This document shows positions 55,806-64,000 of a DNA stretch of 64,000 bases, one piece after another. This stretch comes from Escherichia phage DaisyDussoix. Numbering within the stretch: the stretch's first letter is position 1; each line of letters begins with the position of its first letter. Made by a program: the position numbers and the translations under genes. A model generated the notes under the pieces. That model was given only the letters and a program-made list of their open reading frames with translations. It was not told where the DNA came from and searched no databases. The stretch is taken from sequence record MZ501058; one strand, given 5' to 3'.

Positions 55806-55834
55806 TTGCTTTCTCCCGTATATATTGGTATAAT
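55806..55834 (+). promoter_or_regulatory. sigma70-like promoter (proximal) for phoH
   Basis: TTGCTT -35, 17-nt spacer, TATAAT -10, followed by GTTGATAAACA element. Confidence 0.6.
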
Positions 55835-55907
55835 ATATTTGTAAGTTGATAAACAAGATCTTTTTGTTGATCCTCTGTTAGCGAAGTACACTATAGGAGT
55901 GTTATTT

Positions 55908-56660
55908 ATGGGAAAAGCACGTCAAAAAAGAGAGAACCGCAATGGTTCAAGAAAGCGTGGCAACAAGTACGAGAGTAACGTAATTCAAGCAGATTTCTCT
56001 GGTGATTACGCCAATCCAGTTGCTAAATCCCTAGTTGGTAAAAACCGTGAGCAAAAATCATATATCAATATGATCAAGAACAACACAGTGACTGTGGGTA
56101 TCGGTGAACCAGGTACTGGTAAAACCTTTATCCCGTCTGTTCTTGCAGCTCAGGAACTCGTAGACATTCACTCAGATATTGAGCAAGTGATCCTCGTACG
56201 TCCTAATGAACCTCTAGGTAAGTCTCTTGGTATGCTTCCTGGTGATCTAGCGGAAAAGCTAGAGCCTTGGTTAGAGCCAATAGCTGATGGTATGAAATGG
56301 GCCATCGGCGACCATGCCTATAAGGGATATGTCGAACGTCAGAAAATTAAATTTTTGGCTGTAGAACATGCTCGTGGCAGAACTTTCAACAACTCCTATG
56401 TAATTGTCGATGAAGCTCAGAATATTTCCGTTGAGGCAATGATTTGTCTCCTAACTCGTGTAGGGCAAGACTGCCGTTTAATTATCTGCGGAGATATAGC
56501 TCAGAAAGACATTAAAGGTGACTCAGGTCTAGCACTCCTTATGGAAGTCTATGAGAAATATGAAAATGCCCCATTCTCAATGATCGAATTGATTGATAAC
56601 GTTCGTTCTATTGAGTCTAAAGCATTCTATGATATTTTTAAAGACATGGGGAAGGTGTAA
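55908..56660 (+). CDS. phoH: PhoH-like ATPase
   Basis: Start set to ATG 55908 with AGGAG SD 8 nt upstream; Walker A GEPGTGKTF, Walker B VIVDEAQN. Confidence 0.85.
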   Translation: MGKARQKRENRNGSRKRGNKYESNVIQADFSGDYANPVAKSLVGKNREQKSYINMIKNNTVTVGIGEPGTGKTFIPSVLAAQELVDIHSDIEQVILVRPNEPLGKSLGMLPGDLAEKLEPWLEPIADGMKWAIGDHAYKGYVERQKIKFLAVEHARGRTFNNSYVIVDEAQNISVEAMICLLTRVGQDCRLIICGDIAQKDIKGDSGLALLMEVYEKYENAPFSMIELIDNVRSIESKAFYDIFKDMGKV

Positions 56661-56661
56661 T

Positions 56662-56883
56662 ATGGGAAACGTCGTTCATCTGAGCCGTAAAACTAAAATA
56701 CATCGTACTTCACTGAGTGCTGCTAATATGATTACACGTAAGGAAGGGGAAGAAAGTCCTAAGACAACCCTAGCGTGGAAAATTGTAACCTCAAATCCAA
56801 ATAAACCATTCAATTATAACGAGCTGAGCACTTCCATAGATATTCTATTAAAAGAAGTAGCTAGAGCTAAAGTAATTGAATAA
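56662..56883 (+). CDS. small hypothetical protein
   Basis: Start set to ATG 56662 directly after phoH stop; 73 aa. Confidence 0.4.
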   Translation: MGNVVHLSRKTKIHRTSLSAANMITRKEGEESPKTTLAWKIVTSNPNKPFNYNELSTSIDILLKEVARAKVIE

Positions 56884-56911
56884 GCTAAAAAGCTAGACTG
56901 GTAATATACGA

Positions 56912-56943
56912 GGCCTGGGTATGAAAATACTCGGGCCTTTTCT
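56912..56943 (+). terminator. rho-independent terminator between phoH operon and nrdA
   Basis: 11-bp stem GGCCTGGGTAT / ATACTCGGGCC with GAAA loop, followed by TTTTCT. Confidence 0.7.
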
Positions 56944-56958
56944 ATCAGAAAATTTTAT

Positions 56959-56987
56959 TTGCCTAATGACCGATAATAAAGTAGAAT
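56959..56987 (+). promoter_or_regulatory. candidate sigma70-like promoter for nrdA
   Basis: TTGCCT -35, 17-nt spacer, TAGAAT -10. Confidence 0.45.
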
Positions 56988-57025
56988 ATTCCTTAAATCC
57001 TGATAACTATAAAAAGGAAAGCCAA

Positions 57026-59356
57026 ATGAGCCATCGCATTGAAAAAGTAATTAAACGTGACGGTACTGTAGAAGACTTTGCTCCTGAAAAACTCAATGGT
57101 TGGGCAGAGTATGGTTGCAAAACAGTTGATGTAAGCTGGTCAGCCATTACTATGGCTGCTCAAAAAACTCTACCTAAAGGGGTTGTAGATTCCGACACTC
57201 TGATGGATGCATTAATTAAGGCTGCTGAAAGTCTTATCAAAGATAATCCAGCATACGATGTGCCAGCAAAGGAATTACGTCTTGCGCAAATGCGTAAACG
57301 CCTTTATGATTCTTTCGAACCACCTTCTCTACGCTTCTTCCATGATCACATGGTTAGCGTAGGTGCATGGGAAGACATGAGTGCATGGATTACCGATGAG
57401 CAATTTGAAGCTCTGAATCAGGTTATCGACCATGATCGTGACCGTCTTTTTACTAGTGGTGGGCTGAAGCAGTTCTTTGATAAGTATTCCCGTCGTAATA
57501 TAGCCACTGGTGAAATTTACGAAACTCCGCAATTCGCCTACATGGGTATGGCAATGGCGATGTTATCTCAACCTAACTGGACAATTCTAGATGCAATCGA
57601 CCTCTACAACGCAATGTCGCTCCACAAAATCAACGTTCCTACGCCGCCACTGGTTGGCCTGCGCTCTAGTGACCGTGGATTTGCTAGTTGCTGCCTCGTG
57701 GATTCCACTGACACGTTGGATTCAATCGACACCGCCGAGCACATCGTCTTCAAAATGGTCGCAGCCAGAGCGGGAATCGGGTATCATCTTGAAAGCCGAT
57801 CAATTGCTGATCCGGTGCGAAATGGGGCATTCCCGCATTCCGGAAAACTGCCATATTATCGACACATTGACCGCTCAGTAAAGGCCAATACTCAGCAAAC
57901 TCGTGGTGGTTCTGCTACAGTGTCTTATCCATATTTCGATCCTGAAATCATTCAATTGATGCAGGTTAAGCAACAACGTGCTACAGATGAGAATAAAATC
58001 GATAAGATGGATTATTCTCTGAGCTTCAACAATCTTTTGTTAAAACGTTATCTGAAAAACGAAGATATTACGCTAATGTCATACTTCTATGCTCCAGAAG
58101 TTCATGAGGCGTTTTATAGTGATGACGAGGCTAAATTTGAAGAAATCTATGTGGCAGCGGAGAAACGTGTGGCATCTCTTACAAAGATCGACCACGAAGG
58201 AAAGACAGTTCCAGCAGCTCCTAAGGTCTCTGCAAAAGAAATCCTAGATACTTGGCTACGTATCCGAATGGAAACAGGACGTATGTATGCTCATCACATC
58301 GGGGAATCTAATCGTCACGGTAACTTCCTTGATCCGATCCGTATGACAAACCTTTGTGTTGAAATTACTCAGCCTACACGCCCGTTCCATCATATTACAG
58401 AGCTGTATAAGACAAAAGAGCAGCTTGATCAAATGAAGCCGGAGGATATTGGTGAAGTATCCCTGTGTAACTTAGGTGGTGTTGTACTTGGACGCATGGA
58501 ATCTCTGGCTGAGTGGGAAAAAACTTGCTACATCCTTCTGAAATTCGTTGATACAATTATTGAAATTCAGGATTATCCGTTCCCAACTATGGAATATACG
58601 GCTAAGAAACGTCGTAACGTTGGTATTGGCCTGATGAATGCAGCAGGTGCAATGGCAGCAGAAGGTCTGGCTTACGAAGGTATTGAAGCCCGTAACTGGA
58701 TTCACCGTGAGGCTGAAAAACTGTCTTACTTCCTGCATAAAGCCTCTGTACGCCTGGCTAAAGAACAGGGCGCATGTGAGTGGTTTGATCGTACTAAACC
58801 ATCTAAAGGAATTCTAGTAATCGATACGTACAAGAAAACTGTTGATGAACTGGTATCCGTAGGTCTAGAAATGGATTGGGAGTCTCTGCGTGCAGATATT
58901 CTGAAATACGGCATGCGTAACTCTGTTCTGACTGCTCAGATGCCAGGAGAAAGTTCTTCTGTTCTGTTAGGTGTTACTAACTCTATTGAACCGCCTCGTA
59001 AGATTGTATCTATCAAGGGTAGTGCAGTAAATAAAGTAATTGCAATTGCTCCAGGTGCAACCGATTGGGAAACGTTAATGAGCTATAAATTGGCTTATGA
59101 TGTAGATCGTATCGAGTGGATCAAATGGGTAGCAACTATGCAGAAATTCTTCAGTCAGTCTATCAGTACGAATATGTACTATGACTACACCAAGTTTGAG
59201 AATGAGATCATTCCTGGTCCAGTAGTAGTTCGTGATTTCATGACTGCTGTTAAGTATGGGTGGAAAACTTGGTATTACGCTAACTTCAATACTGCAAATG
59301 GTGGAGGTGCTGGAGAAGAAGCAGCCGGTTGTGCATCAGGCGGTTGTACTATTTAA
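57026..59356 (+). CDS. nrdA: ribonucleoside-diphosphate reductase alpha subunit (class Ia)
   Basis: Start set to ATG 57026 with AAGGAAAG SD; ATP-cone start VIKRDGTVEDF, active-site NLCVEI, C-terminal CASGGC. Confidence 0.9.
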   Translation: MSHRIEKVIKRDGTVEDFAPEKLNGWAEYGCKTVDVSWSAITMAAQKTLPKGVVDSDTLMDALIKAAESLIKDNPAYDVPAKELRLAQMRKRLYDSFEPPSLRFFHDHMVSVGAWEDMSAWITDEQFEALNQVIDHDRDRLFTSGGLKQFFDKYSRRNIATGEIYETPQFAYMGMAMAMLSQPNWTILDAIDLYNAMSLHKINVPTPPLVGLRSSDRGFASCCLVDSTDTLDSIDTAEHIVFKMVAARAGIGYHLESRSIADPVRNGAFPHSGKLPYYRHIDRSVKANTQQTRGGSATVSYPYFDPEIIQLMQVKQQRATDENKIDKMDYSLSFNNLLLKRYLKNEDITLMSYFYAPEVHEAFYSDDEAKFEEIYVAAEKRVASLTKIDHEGKTVPAAPKVSAKEILDTWLRIRMETGRMYAHHIGESNRHGNFLDPIRMTNLCVEITQPTRPFHHITELYKTKEQLDQMKPEDIGEVSLCNLGGVVLGRMESLAEWEKTCYILLKFVDTIIEIQDYPFPTMEYTAKKRRNVGIGLMNAAGAMAAEGLAYEGIEARNWIHREAEKLSYFLHKASVRLAKEQGACEWFDRTKPSKGILVIDTYKKTVDELVSVGLEMDWESLRADILKYGMRNSVLTAQMPGESSSVLLGVTNSIEPPRKIVSIKGSAVNKVIAIAPGATDWETLMSYKLAYDVDRIEWIKWVATMQKFFSQSISTNMYYDYTKFENEIIPGPVVVRDFMTAVKYGWKTWYYANFNTANGGGAGEEAAGCASGGCTI

Positions 59357-59364
59357 TAAAAACA

Positions 59365-59392
59365 AGGAGATCTTCGGGTCTCCTTTTTCTTT
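59365..59392 (+). terminator. rho-independent terminator after nrdA
   Basis: AGGAGATC / GGTCTCCT stem with TTCG loop followed by TTTTCTTT. Confidence 0.7.
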
Positions 59393-59402
59393 GAAATTTT
59401 AC

Positions 59403-59431
59403 TTGCTAATCGCTACCAGATTTGCTATAAT
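59403..59431 (+). promoter_or_regulatory. sigma70-like promoter for nrdB
   Basis: TTGCTA -35, 17-nt spacer, TATAAT -10. Confidence 0.65.
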
Positions 59432-59462
59432 ATTCCTGAAATAGTGAGAAAGAGGAAAATCA

Positions 59463-60608
59463 ATGACTACTTTACTAAACCTGAACTGGGATCATACTAA
59501 TGCTGACCTTTTCCTGGGAGATTCTCTCGGTATCGCAGATTATGTACGTGTAGCACATCCAGAACTAGAACGTCTGGCACTACTGCAACGCTCTCAATTT
59601 TGGACTGAAACTGAAATCAGTCTGGAAGCAGATAAGAAACAATGGCCTAATCTCCCACGTGAAATTCAGGAAATTACACTCCTGAACTTAGCATGGCAAA
59701 CCCAAACCGACTCCTTTATCAGTCGTGCCCCTGAAGCAGCTATTATGCCGCTTGTAAGTCGTCCAGAATTGGAAGGTATGCTCAAGCAGTGGAGCTACTT
59801 CGAAGATCTGCATAGTCGTGCTTATAGTAATATTATTCGTAATGTGCTGACTGACCCAGCAGAATTTATTGATTCTGTAACCAAAAACCAAGAAGCATTT
59901 GCACGCATCGCTGATTCTGTTGAACTGTTCGATGAACTGTACCAGTTAGGTCAGTATTTCATCGCAGTACGTGATCATCGTGGTGACAATACGTATCCAG
60001 AAACTGAGTTCCCTGAAGTTAAGCGTGAAACTCAGGCTAAACTATTAGACGCTTACTTTGCGATCTATGGCCTGGAAGCAATGCAGTTTTACGCATCCTT
60101 TGCATGTACCTTTGCATTAGCAGAGAACGATATTCTGCAAGGTATTGCTAAAAATCTGCAATTAATCGCTAAAGATGAAGCTCTGCACACTCAGATGTCC
60201 AAAGCAATCATCCATATTATGTTTCAGCAATTTGACAAAGATCTGGTAGATGAAGCAGTGGCTAAAGCACCAGCACAGCTCCTGAAAACTCTGAAAACTG
60301 AAATTGAATGGGGTCATTTCATTTTCAAAGGTCGTAGTCTGATTGGCTTGAATGCAGAACTTCTAGAAGAATATCTGTATTTTGTGGGACGTAATGCATT
60401 TATGCACATCGGTGTAGAATGGCCTAGTCATTTACCAGTAATCACCAAAAACCCTATTCCGTGGATTATGAACTGGTTGGATACTACTTCTCTACAGCCT
60501 GCTCCACAAGAAATCCAGATTGGTGCAGCCTACCGTGTAGGTCAGGTAACTGAGACCTCTACTGATACTCTGAAAGATCTGGGCAATGAATTTGGAGATT
60601 TCCTATGA
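59463..60608 (+). CDS. nrdB: ribonucleoside-diphosphate reductase beta subunit (class Ia)
   Basis: 381 aa; ferritin-like di-iron fold with E/H ligand spacing; SD GAGGAAAA; stop overlaps frd start. Confidence 0.9.
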   Translation: MTTLLNLNWDHTNADLFLGDSLGIADYVRVAHPELERLALLQRSQFWTETEISLEADKKQWPNLPREIQEITLLNLAWQTQTDSFISRAPEAAIMPLVSRPELEGMLKQWSYFEDLHSRAYSNIIRNVLTDPAEFIDSVTKNQEAFARIADSVELFDELYQLGQYFIAVRDHRGDNTYPETEFPEVKRETQAKLLDAYFAIYGLEAMQFYASFACTFALAENDILQGIAKNLQLIAKDEALHTQMSKAIIHIMFQQFDKDLVDEAVAKAPAQLLKTLKTEIEWGHFIFKGRSLIGLNAELLEEYLYFVGRNAFMHIGVEWPSHLPVITKNPIPWIMNWLDTTSLQPAPQEIQIGAAYRVGQVTETSTDTLKDLGNEFGDFL

Positions 60609-61138
60609 TTACAGCAATATATGCAGTTGGGCCGAGTGGGGAGTTCGGCCTCCGAGGTAAGCTTCCCTGGGGTTCTTTTAAAGAAGAACTAGATGCTTTT
60701 TATTCACAATTAGATGTACTAAATCCCGATAATATTATTATGGGGGCAGGTACTTATTTAGCTCTTCCATATGCCGTTAGGGAACGTATGATTGGAGCTT
60801 CTGACCTATTTATTCGTGCTGATCGTCCACTGCCAGACGATATTACACATGATATTTACACTCCCATATCAATGATAGGTGATACATTACCTACTTTTCT
60901 AAAAGATCAGCAAACAGTAGTTCTAGGTGGAGCTAATCTTCTTCTAGAAATGTACCAACATGGGCATATAGAGAGTGCTTTTGTATCTACAATCTTTAGC
61001 GAACAGAAGCTAGAGGCAGATATATATCTAGATAGTATGATACTAGATTATAACTATGAATCCACTCGATTAGTCTATGCAGTTGGCGCAAACAGTGATA
61101 ACAGCCTGCGATTTGTACAGGAATTGGTTACTTATTAA
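60605..61138 (+). CDS. frd: dihydrofolate reductase
   Basis: 177 aa; N-terminal MITAIYAVGPSGEFGLRGKLPW resembles DHFR NADPH-binding start; ATGA overlap with nrdB. Confidence 0.8.
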   Translation: MITAIYAVGPSGEFGLRGKLPWGSFKEELDAFYSQLDVLNPDNIIMGAGTYLALPYAVRERMIGASDLFIRADRPLPDDITHDIYTPISMIGDTLPTFLKDQQTVVLGGANLLLEMYQHGHIESAFVSTIFSEQKLEADIYLDSMILDYNYESTRLVYAVGANSDNSLRFVQELVTY

Positions 61139-61977
61139 TGCAACAATACTTAAAAATTTTGACAGATGTAATTTTACTAGGTGAACCCCGTAATGACCGT
61201 ACAGGAACAGGCACAGTTTCAATTTTTGATTCCTATGCTAAGTTCGACCTACGTGAAGGATTCCCGGCTGTAACTACTAAACGCCTGGCCTGGAAATCAG
61301 TAGTAGGAGAACTTTTGTGGTTCTTGTCTGGTTCCACAAATCTTCATGATCTACGTGTATTCACATTTGGTCGTGACGAAGGACAGTGGACCATCTGGAC
61401 TCCAAATTATGAAGACCAAGCTATAAGTATGGGGTATGATAAGGGTAATCTAGGACCAGTATATGGTAAACAGTGGCGTAACTTTGGTGGGCGAGATCAG
61501 ATCCTAGAACTTATTGAAGGAATCAAGAATAATCCTCATGGCCGCAGACATCTAGTTTCTGCGTGGAACGTAGCTGAACTTGATAAAATGGCATTACCAC
61601 CCTGTCATTATGGTTTTCAGTGTTACGTAAGTAATGATGGATACCTAGATCTTAAATGGACACAACGCTCTGTGGATTGTTTCCTCGGTTTACCTTTCAA
61701 TATTGCTAGTTATGCTTTATTAACGCATATATTAGCAAAACTGACAGGATTAAAACCTCGTTATCTTATCTTTAGTGGTGGTGATACTCATATCTATAAT
61801 GACCACATGGAACAGGTAGAAGAACAGGTAAAACGCAAGCCACGCCCTCTGCCAACTCTAGTAATGCCAGAGTTTGTAGATCTTTACGATTTATTAGAAA
61901 ATAATACAGCAGCTTGGTCGTTCCATTTAGAGGGGTACGATCCTCATCCAGCTCTTAAAGCTAAAATGTCCTCTTAA
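61138..61977 (+). CDS. thyA: thymidylate synthase
   Basis: 279 aa; catalytic LPPCHYGFQCYV motif; start overlaps frd stop. Confidence 0.9.
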   Translation: MQQYLKILTDVILLGEPRNDRTGTGTVSIFDSYAKFDLREGFPAVTTKRLAWKSVVGELLWFLSGSTNLHDLRVFTFGRDEGQWTIWTPNYEDQAISMGYDKGNLGPVYGKQWRNFGGRDQILELIEGIKNNPHGRRHLVSAWNVAELDKMALPPCHYGFQCYVSNDGYLDLKWTQRSVDCFLGLPFNIASYALLTHILAKLTGLKPRYLIFSGGDTHIYNDHMEQVEEQVKRKPRPLPTLVMPEFVDLYDLLENNTAAWSFHLEGYDPHPALKAKMSS

Positions 61978-61981
61978 CTTA

Positions 61982-62014
61982 AATAGCCCTTCGGGGCTAT
62001 TATATTTAAAATTT
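61982..62014 (+). terminator. candidate terminator after thyA
   Basis: AATAGCCC / GGGCTATT stem with TTCG loop followed by A/T-rich tract (not a pure T run). Confidence 0.5.
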
Positions 62015-62017
62015 CAT

Positions 62018-62047
62018 TTGCTTATTTAGTGAAATTTTAAATATAAT
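62018..62047 (+). promoter_or_regulatory. sigma70-like promoter
   Basis: TTGCTT -35, 17-18-nt spacer, TATAAT -10. Confidence 0.5.
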
Positions 62048-62078
62048 ATACTAAATCAACCAATATGGACAAACAAGA

Positions 62079-62465
62079 ATGAGCAAAGATATAGAATTAG
62101 AACACGCCCTGCATAATTATACCTCTTACTTGGAGGGTAATGAAGTAAAAGAATTAACTAAGGAACAAATCCTACTAATTCTAGATTCTCTAGTTTTAAA
62201 GTTTAAAAAACTAGAGGAATACTACTCCGTAGGTAATGGGGATGAAAGAGTAGAACTATCTCTAAGTCTTCTAGAAGACATGGGGTGGGATGAAGATGAC
62301 CAAGTAGGGTACTTGGGGATTTCTGTAGAAATCTTAGAAAACACAGAACATGAAGATATTTTAGAAGTGAAAAGTAGAACAGCTATTCGTTATGGTACTT
62401 ATGGAAGTGGAATAACTGGATTAAAAGCGCTTCTTAGTATGGATCTAGGGTGGTTGGATGAGTAA
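62079..62465 (+). CDS. hypothetical protein
   Basis: 128-aa acidic ORF; stop overlaps HNH gene start. Confidence 0.4.
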   Translation: MSKDIELEHALHNYTSYLEGNEVKELTKEQILLILDSLVLKFKKLEEYYSVGNGDERVELSLSLLEDMGWDEDDQVGYLGISVEILENTEHEDILEVKSRTAIRYGTYGSGITGLKALLSMDLGWLDE

Positions 62466-63003
62466 ACAACCGACACTAGAGAGATTAAAAGAACTTCTAA
62501 ATTATGATCCTGATACCGGAATATTTACTAATAAAATAAGTAGAGGTAAGGGAGGTAAAGCCGGAGCAGTTGCTGGTTATTTAAGAAAAGATGGTTATAT
62601 AACTATAAAAATAGATAAAGTAGATTATCTAGCCCATAGACTGGCATTCCTGTATATGACAGGGAGTATTCCTGACTTAGTAGATCATATAAATCGTATA
62701 CGGTCAGATAATAGATGGAAAAATTTAAGAGAATCTACTAGTCAAATTAATAATAGAAACTGCACTGCCTCTAGCAAATCAGGGTACTTAGGGGTACATT
62801 GGAATAAGCAACTACAAAAGTGGCAAGTACAGATAATAAACTGTGAGGGTAAGAATATTTATGGTGGAATATTCGAATATCTAGACTTAGAGAACGCCGT
62901 ATTAAAAGCAAATATCTTGAGACACGAGTTACATGGTAAAGATGCTGTAGAAGAAATATTTTATAATAACTATTATCCCACATTAGAGGAACTTAATAGA
63001 TGA
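62458..63003 (+). CDS. HNH homing endonuclease with AP2-like domain (paralog of ORF 38438-38971)
   Basis: 181 aa; VDHINRIRSDNRWKNL plus SKSGYLGVHWNKQLQKWQVQ; collinear with 38438-38971 product. Confidence 0.8.
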   Translation: MSKQPTLERLKELLNYDPDTGIFTNKISRGKGGKAGAVAGYLRKDGYITIKIDKVDYLAHRLAFLYMTGSIPDLVDHINRIRSDNRWKNLRESTSQINNRNCTASSKSGYLGVHWNKQLQKWQVQIINCEGKNIYGGIFEYLDLENAVLKANILRHELHGKDAVEEIFYNNYYPTLEELNR

Positions 63004-63476
63004 GTACATTTCATATATACACAGATGGTGCTTGTAAGTCTAATCCAGGTCCAGGTGCTTGGGGTTTTATTGTCTATGATGATAACAACGATCGTTTAGG
63101 TTCTAAATCTGGTTATAATCCTAAAACCACAAATAACGAGATGGAACTCACAGCTATTGTAGAAGCTCTACGTTGGTCCGTTAAAAAAGATAATAGACCA
63201 ATTGCTATCTATACTGACTCTGCTTATTGCAAAAATGGCATGGAAAGTTGGATGTTTTCTTGGCAAAGGAAAGGCTGGAAGAAAGCAGATGGTGAAGTTC
63301 CTCTTAATCTAGAACTTTGGCAGGAAGCATTTAAATTAACACAGCAGTATATCAACTTTCATAATACTAACCCTACCTTTATTAAGGTTAAAGGACATTC
63401 TGGTATTAGTGGTAATGAAGCTGTAGATGCACTATGTAATACAGTTATTACTGAGCAAGAACTTGCTGAGATGTGA
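63000..63476 (+). CDS. rnh: ribonuclease H
   Basis: 158 aa; RNase H1 acidic residues in IYTDGAC, MELTAIVEAL, IYTDSAY, GHSGISGNEAVD. Confidence 0.85.
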   Translation: MSTFHIYTDGACKSNPGPGAWGFIVYDDNNDRLGSKSGYNPKTTNNEMELTAIVEALRWSVKKDNRPIAIYTDSAYCKNGMESWMFSWQRKGWKKADGEVPLNLELWQEAFKLTQQYINFHNTNPTFIKVKGHSGISGNEAVDALCNTVITEQELAEM

Positions 63477-63496
63477 TAAATAAATTAAAAATTTTC

Positions 63497-63525
63497 TTGC
63501 TTAAAGCCCCCTAATTTAGTATAAT
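63497..63525 (+). promoter_or_regulatory. sigma70-like promoter
   Basis: TTGCTT -35, 17-nt spacer, TATAAT -10; SD GAGGAGGG before ATG 63553. Confidence 0.6.
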
Positions 63526-63552
63526 ATTCGTATTGAAAGTGAGGAGGGCTTT

Positions 63553-63831
63553 ATGCGAATTTACAACTCAAATTCATTAGGATTTAAACCTTTGAGAAAA
63601 CTCGCACAACCTCCGCGTCAGATCAGAAAGGCAAATATTGGTGAGCCAGAAACTAGGCTTCCACCACCTCCGGAGCAACGTCTAGTTTACCTAGACGAAG
63701 AATTAGCCGAAAGGGAACGCAAAGCTCAAGAAGAAATTGAGCGCAAGAAACTGTGTACTGCTCCAGCGTATAATAAAGGAGCGTATCAATATGTCTCAGA
63801 TGCCGAACAAGCTAAGATGGTTGGTAGATAA
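63553..63831 (+). CDS. hypothetical protein
   Basis: 92 aa; Pro/Arg-rich N-terminal half. Confidence 0.4.
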   Translation: MRIYNSNSLGFKPLRKLAQPPRQIRKANIGEPETRLPPPPEQRLVYLDEELAERERKAQEEIERKKLCTAPAYNKGAYQYVSDAEQAKMVGR

Positions 63832-63847
63832 TTTTTAAAAAATTCAT

Positions 63848-63876
63848 TTGCTAAACGCTTCAAATTCTCGTATAAT
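63848..63876 (+). promoter_or_regulatory. sigma70-like promoter
   Basis: TTGCTA -35, 17-nt spacer, TATAAT -10, followed by ATTGATAAACA element. Confidence 0.6.
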
Positions 63877-63914
63877 ATACTTCATAAATTGATAAACAAA
63901 AAGGAAAACAAATA

Positions 63915-64000
63915 ATGGCTAAGCAGAAAAACGCAAAAACTCAAGCAGCTCCGGCAGTTAAAACTTTCCCGCAGACCGAGGCTAATCGCAAAGCTCGTCT
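63915..64000 (+). CDS. hypothetical protein, 5' fragment (continues beyond window)
   Basis: ATG 63915 with AAGGAAAA SD; open to window end (MAKQKNAKTQAAPAVK...). Confidence 0.4.
   Translation, partial: MAKQKNAKTQAAPAVKTFPQTEANRKAR

Noticed and set aside
56921-57025. 35-codon N-terminal extension of nrdA from ATG 56921
   Set aside because: That ATG sits inside the loop of a strong terminator hairpin (56912-56943); ATG 57026 has a proper SD and matches the usual RNR ATP-cone start.
53681-61977. Self-splicing introns in nrdD, nrdB or thyA, as known in some T-even phages
   Set aside because: All three ORFs are continuous and full length with conserved C-terminal motifs; nothing interrupts them.
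1-64000. CRISPR array, integrase/attachment site or prophage boundary
   Set aside because: No regularly spaced direct repeats and no integrase-like ORF were seen; gene content is that of a strictly lytic phage replication and morphogenesis set.

Overview
This 64-kb window reads as one contiguous piece of a T5-like virulent siphophage genome. The assignment rests on gene order, protein sizes and promoter sequences recalled from memory, not on any database search. Nt 1-26510 (+ strand) is the late morphogenesis module: terminase, portal, decoration protein, prohead protease, major capsid protein, head-tail joining proteins, tail tube, tape measure, Dit, baseplate hub, central fibre, collar and a two-gene L-shaped tail-fibre locus. 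A bidirectional terminator at 26511-26548 marks a convergent strand switch. Nt 26552-55555 (- strand) carries early replication and recombination genes (dUTPase, flap endonuclease, SbcCD-like pair, SF2 helicase, family-A DNA polymerase, DnaG-type primase, DnaB-like helicase, split NAD-dependent ligase, a large primase-helicase-like protein, a Sir2-like protein, anaerobic RNR), interspersed with HNH homing endonucleases and many consensus sigma70 early promoters. After a divergent promoter hub, nt 55908-64000 (+ strand) encodes PhoH, class Ia RNR (nrdAB), DHFR, thymidylate synthase, another HNH endonuclease and RNase H. I recognised no tRNA, rRNA, CRISPR array, integrase or lysis cassette. Most content is canonical for this phage group and I did not find a clearly novel multi-gene system. 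The items most worth follow-up are a Sir2/HAD-phosphatase early operon, a ~620-bp ORF-free region upstream of the primase-helicase-like gene, the split ligase, the duplicated tail-fibre genes and the homing-endonuclease insertions. CDS coordinates follow the supplied ORF track, with starts adjusted where a better SD/start codon was evident. Promoter and hairpin coordinates were read by eye and may be off by a few nt.
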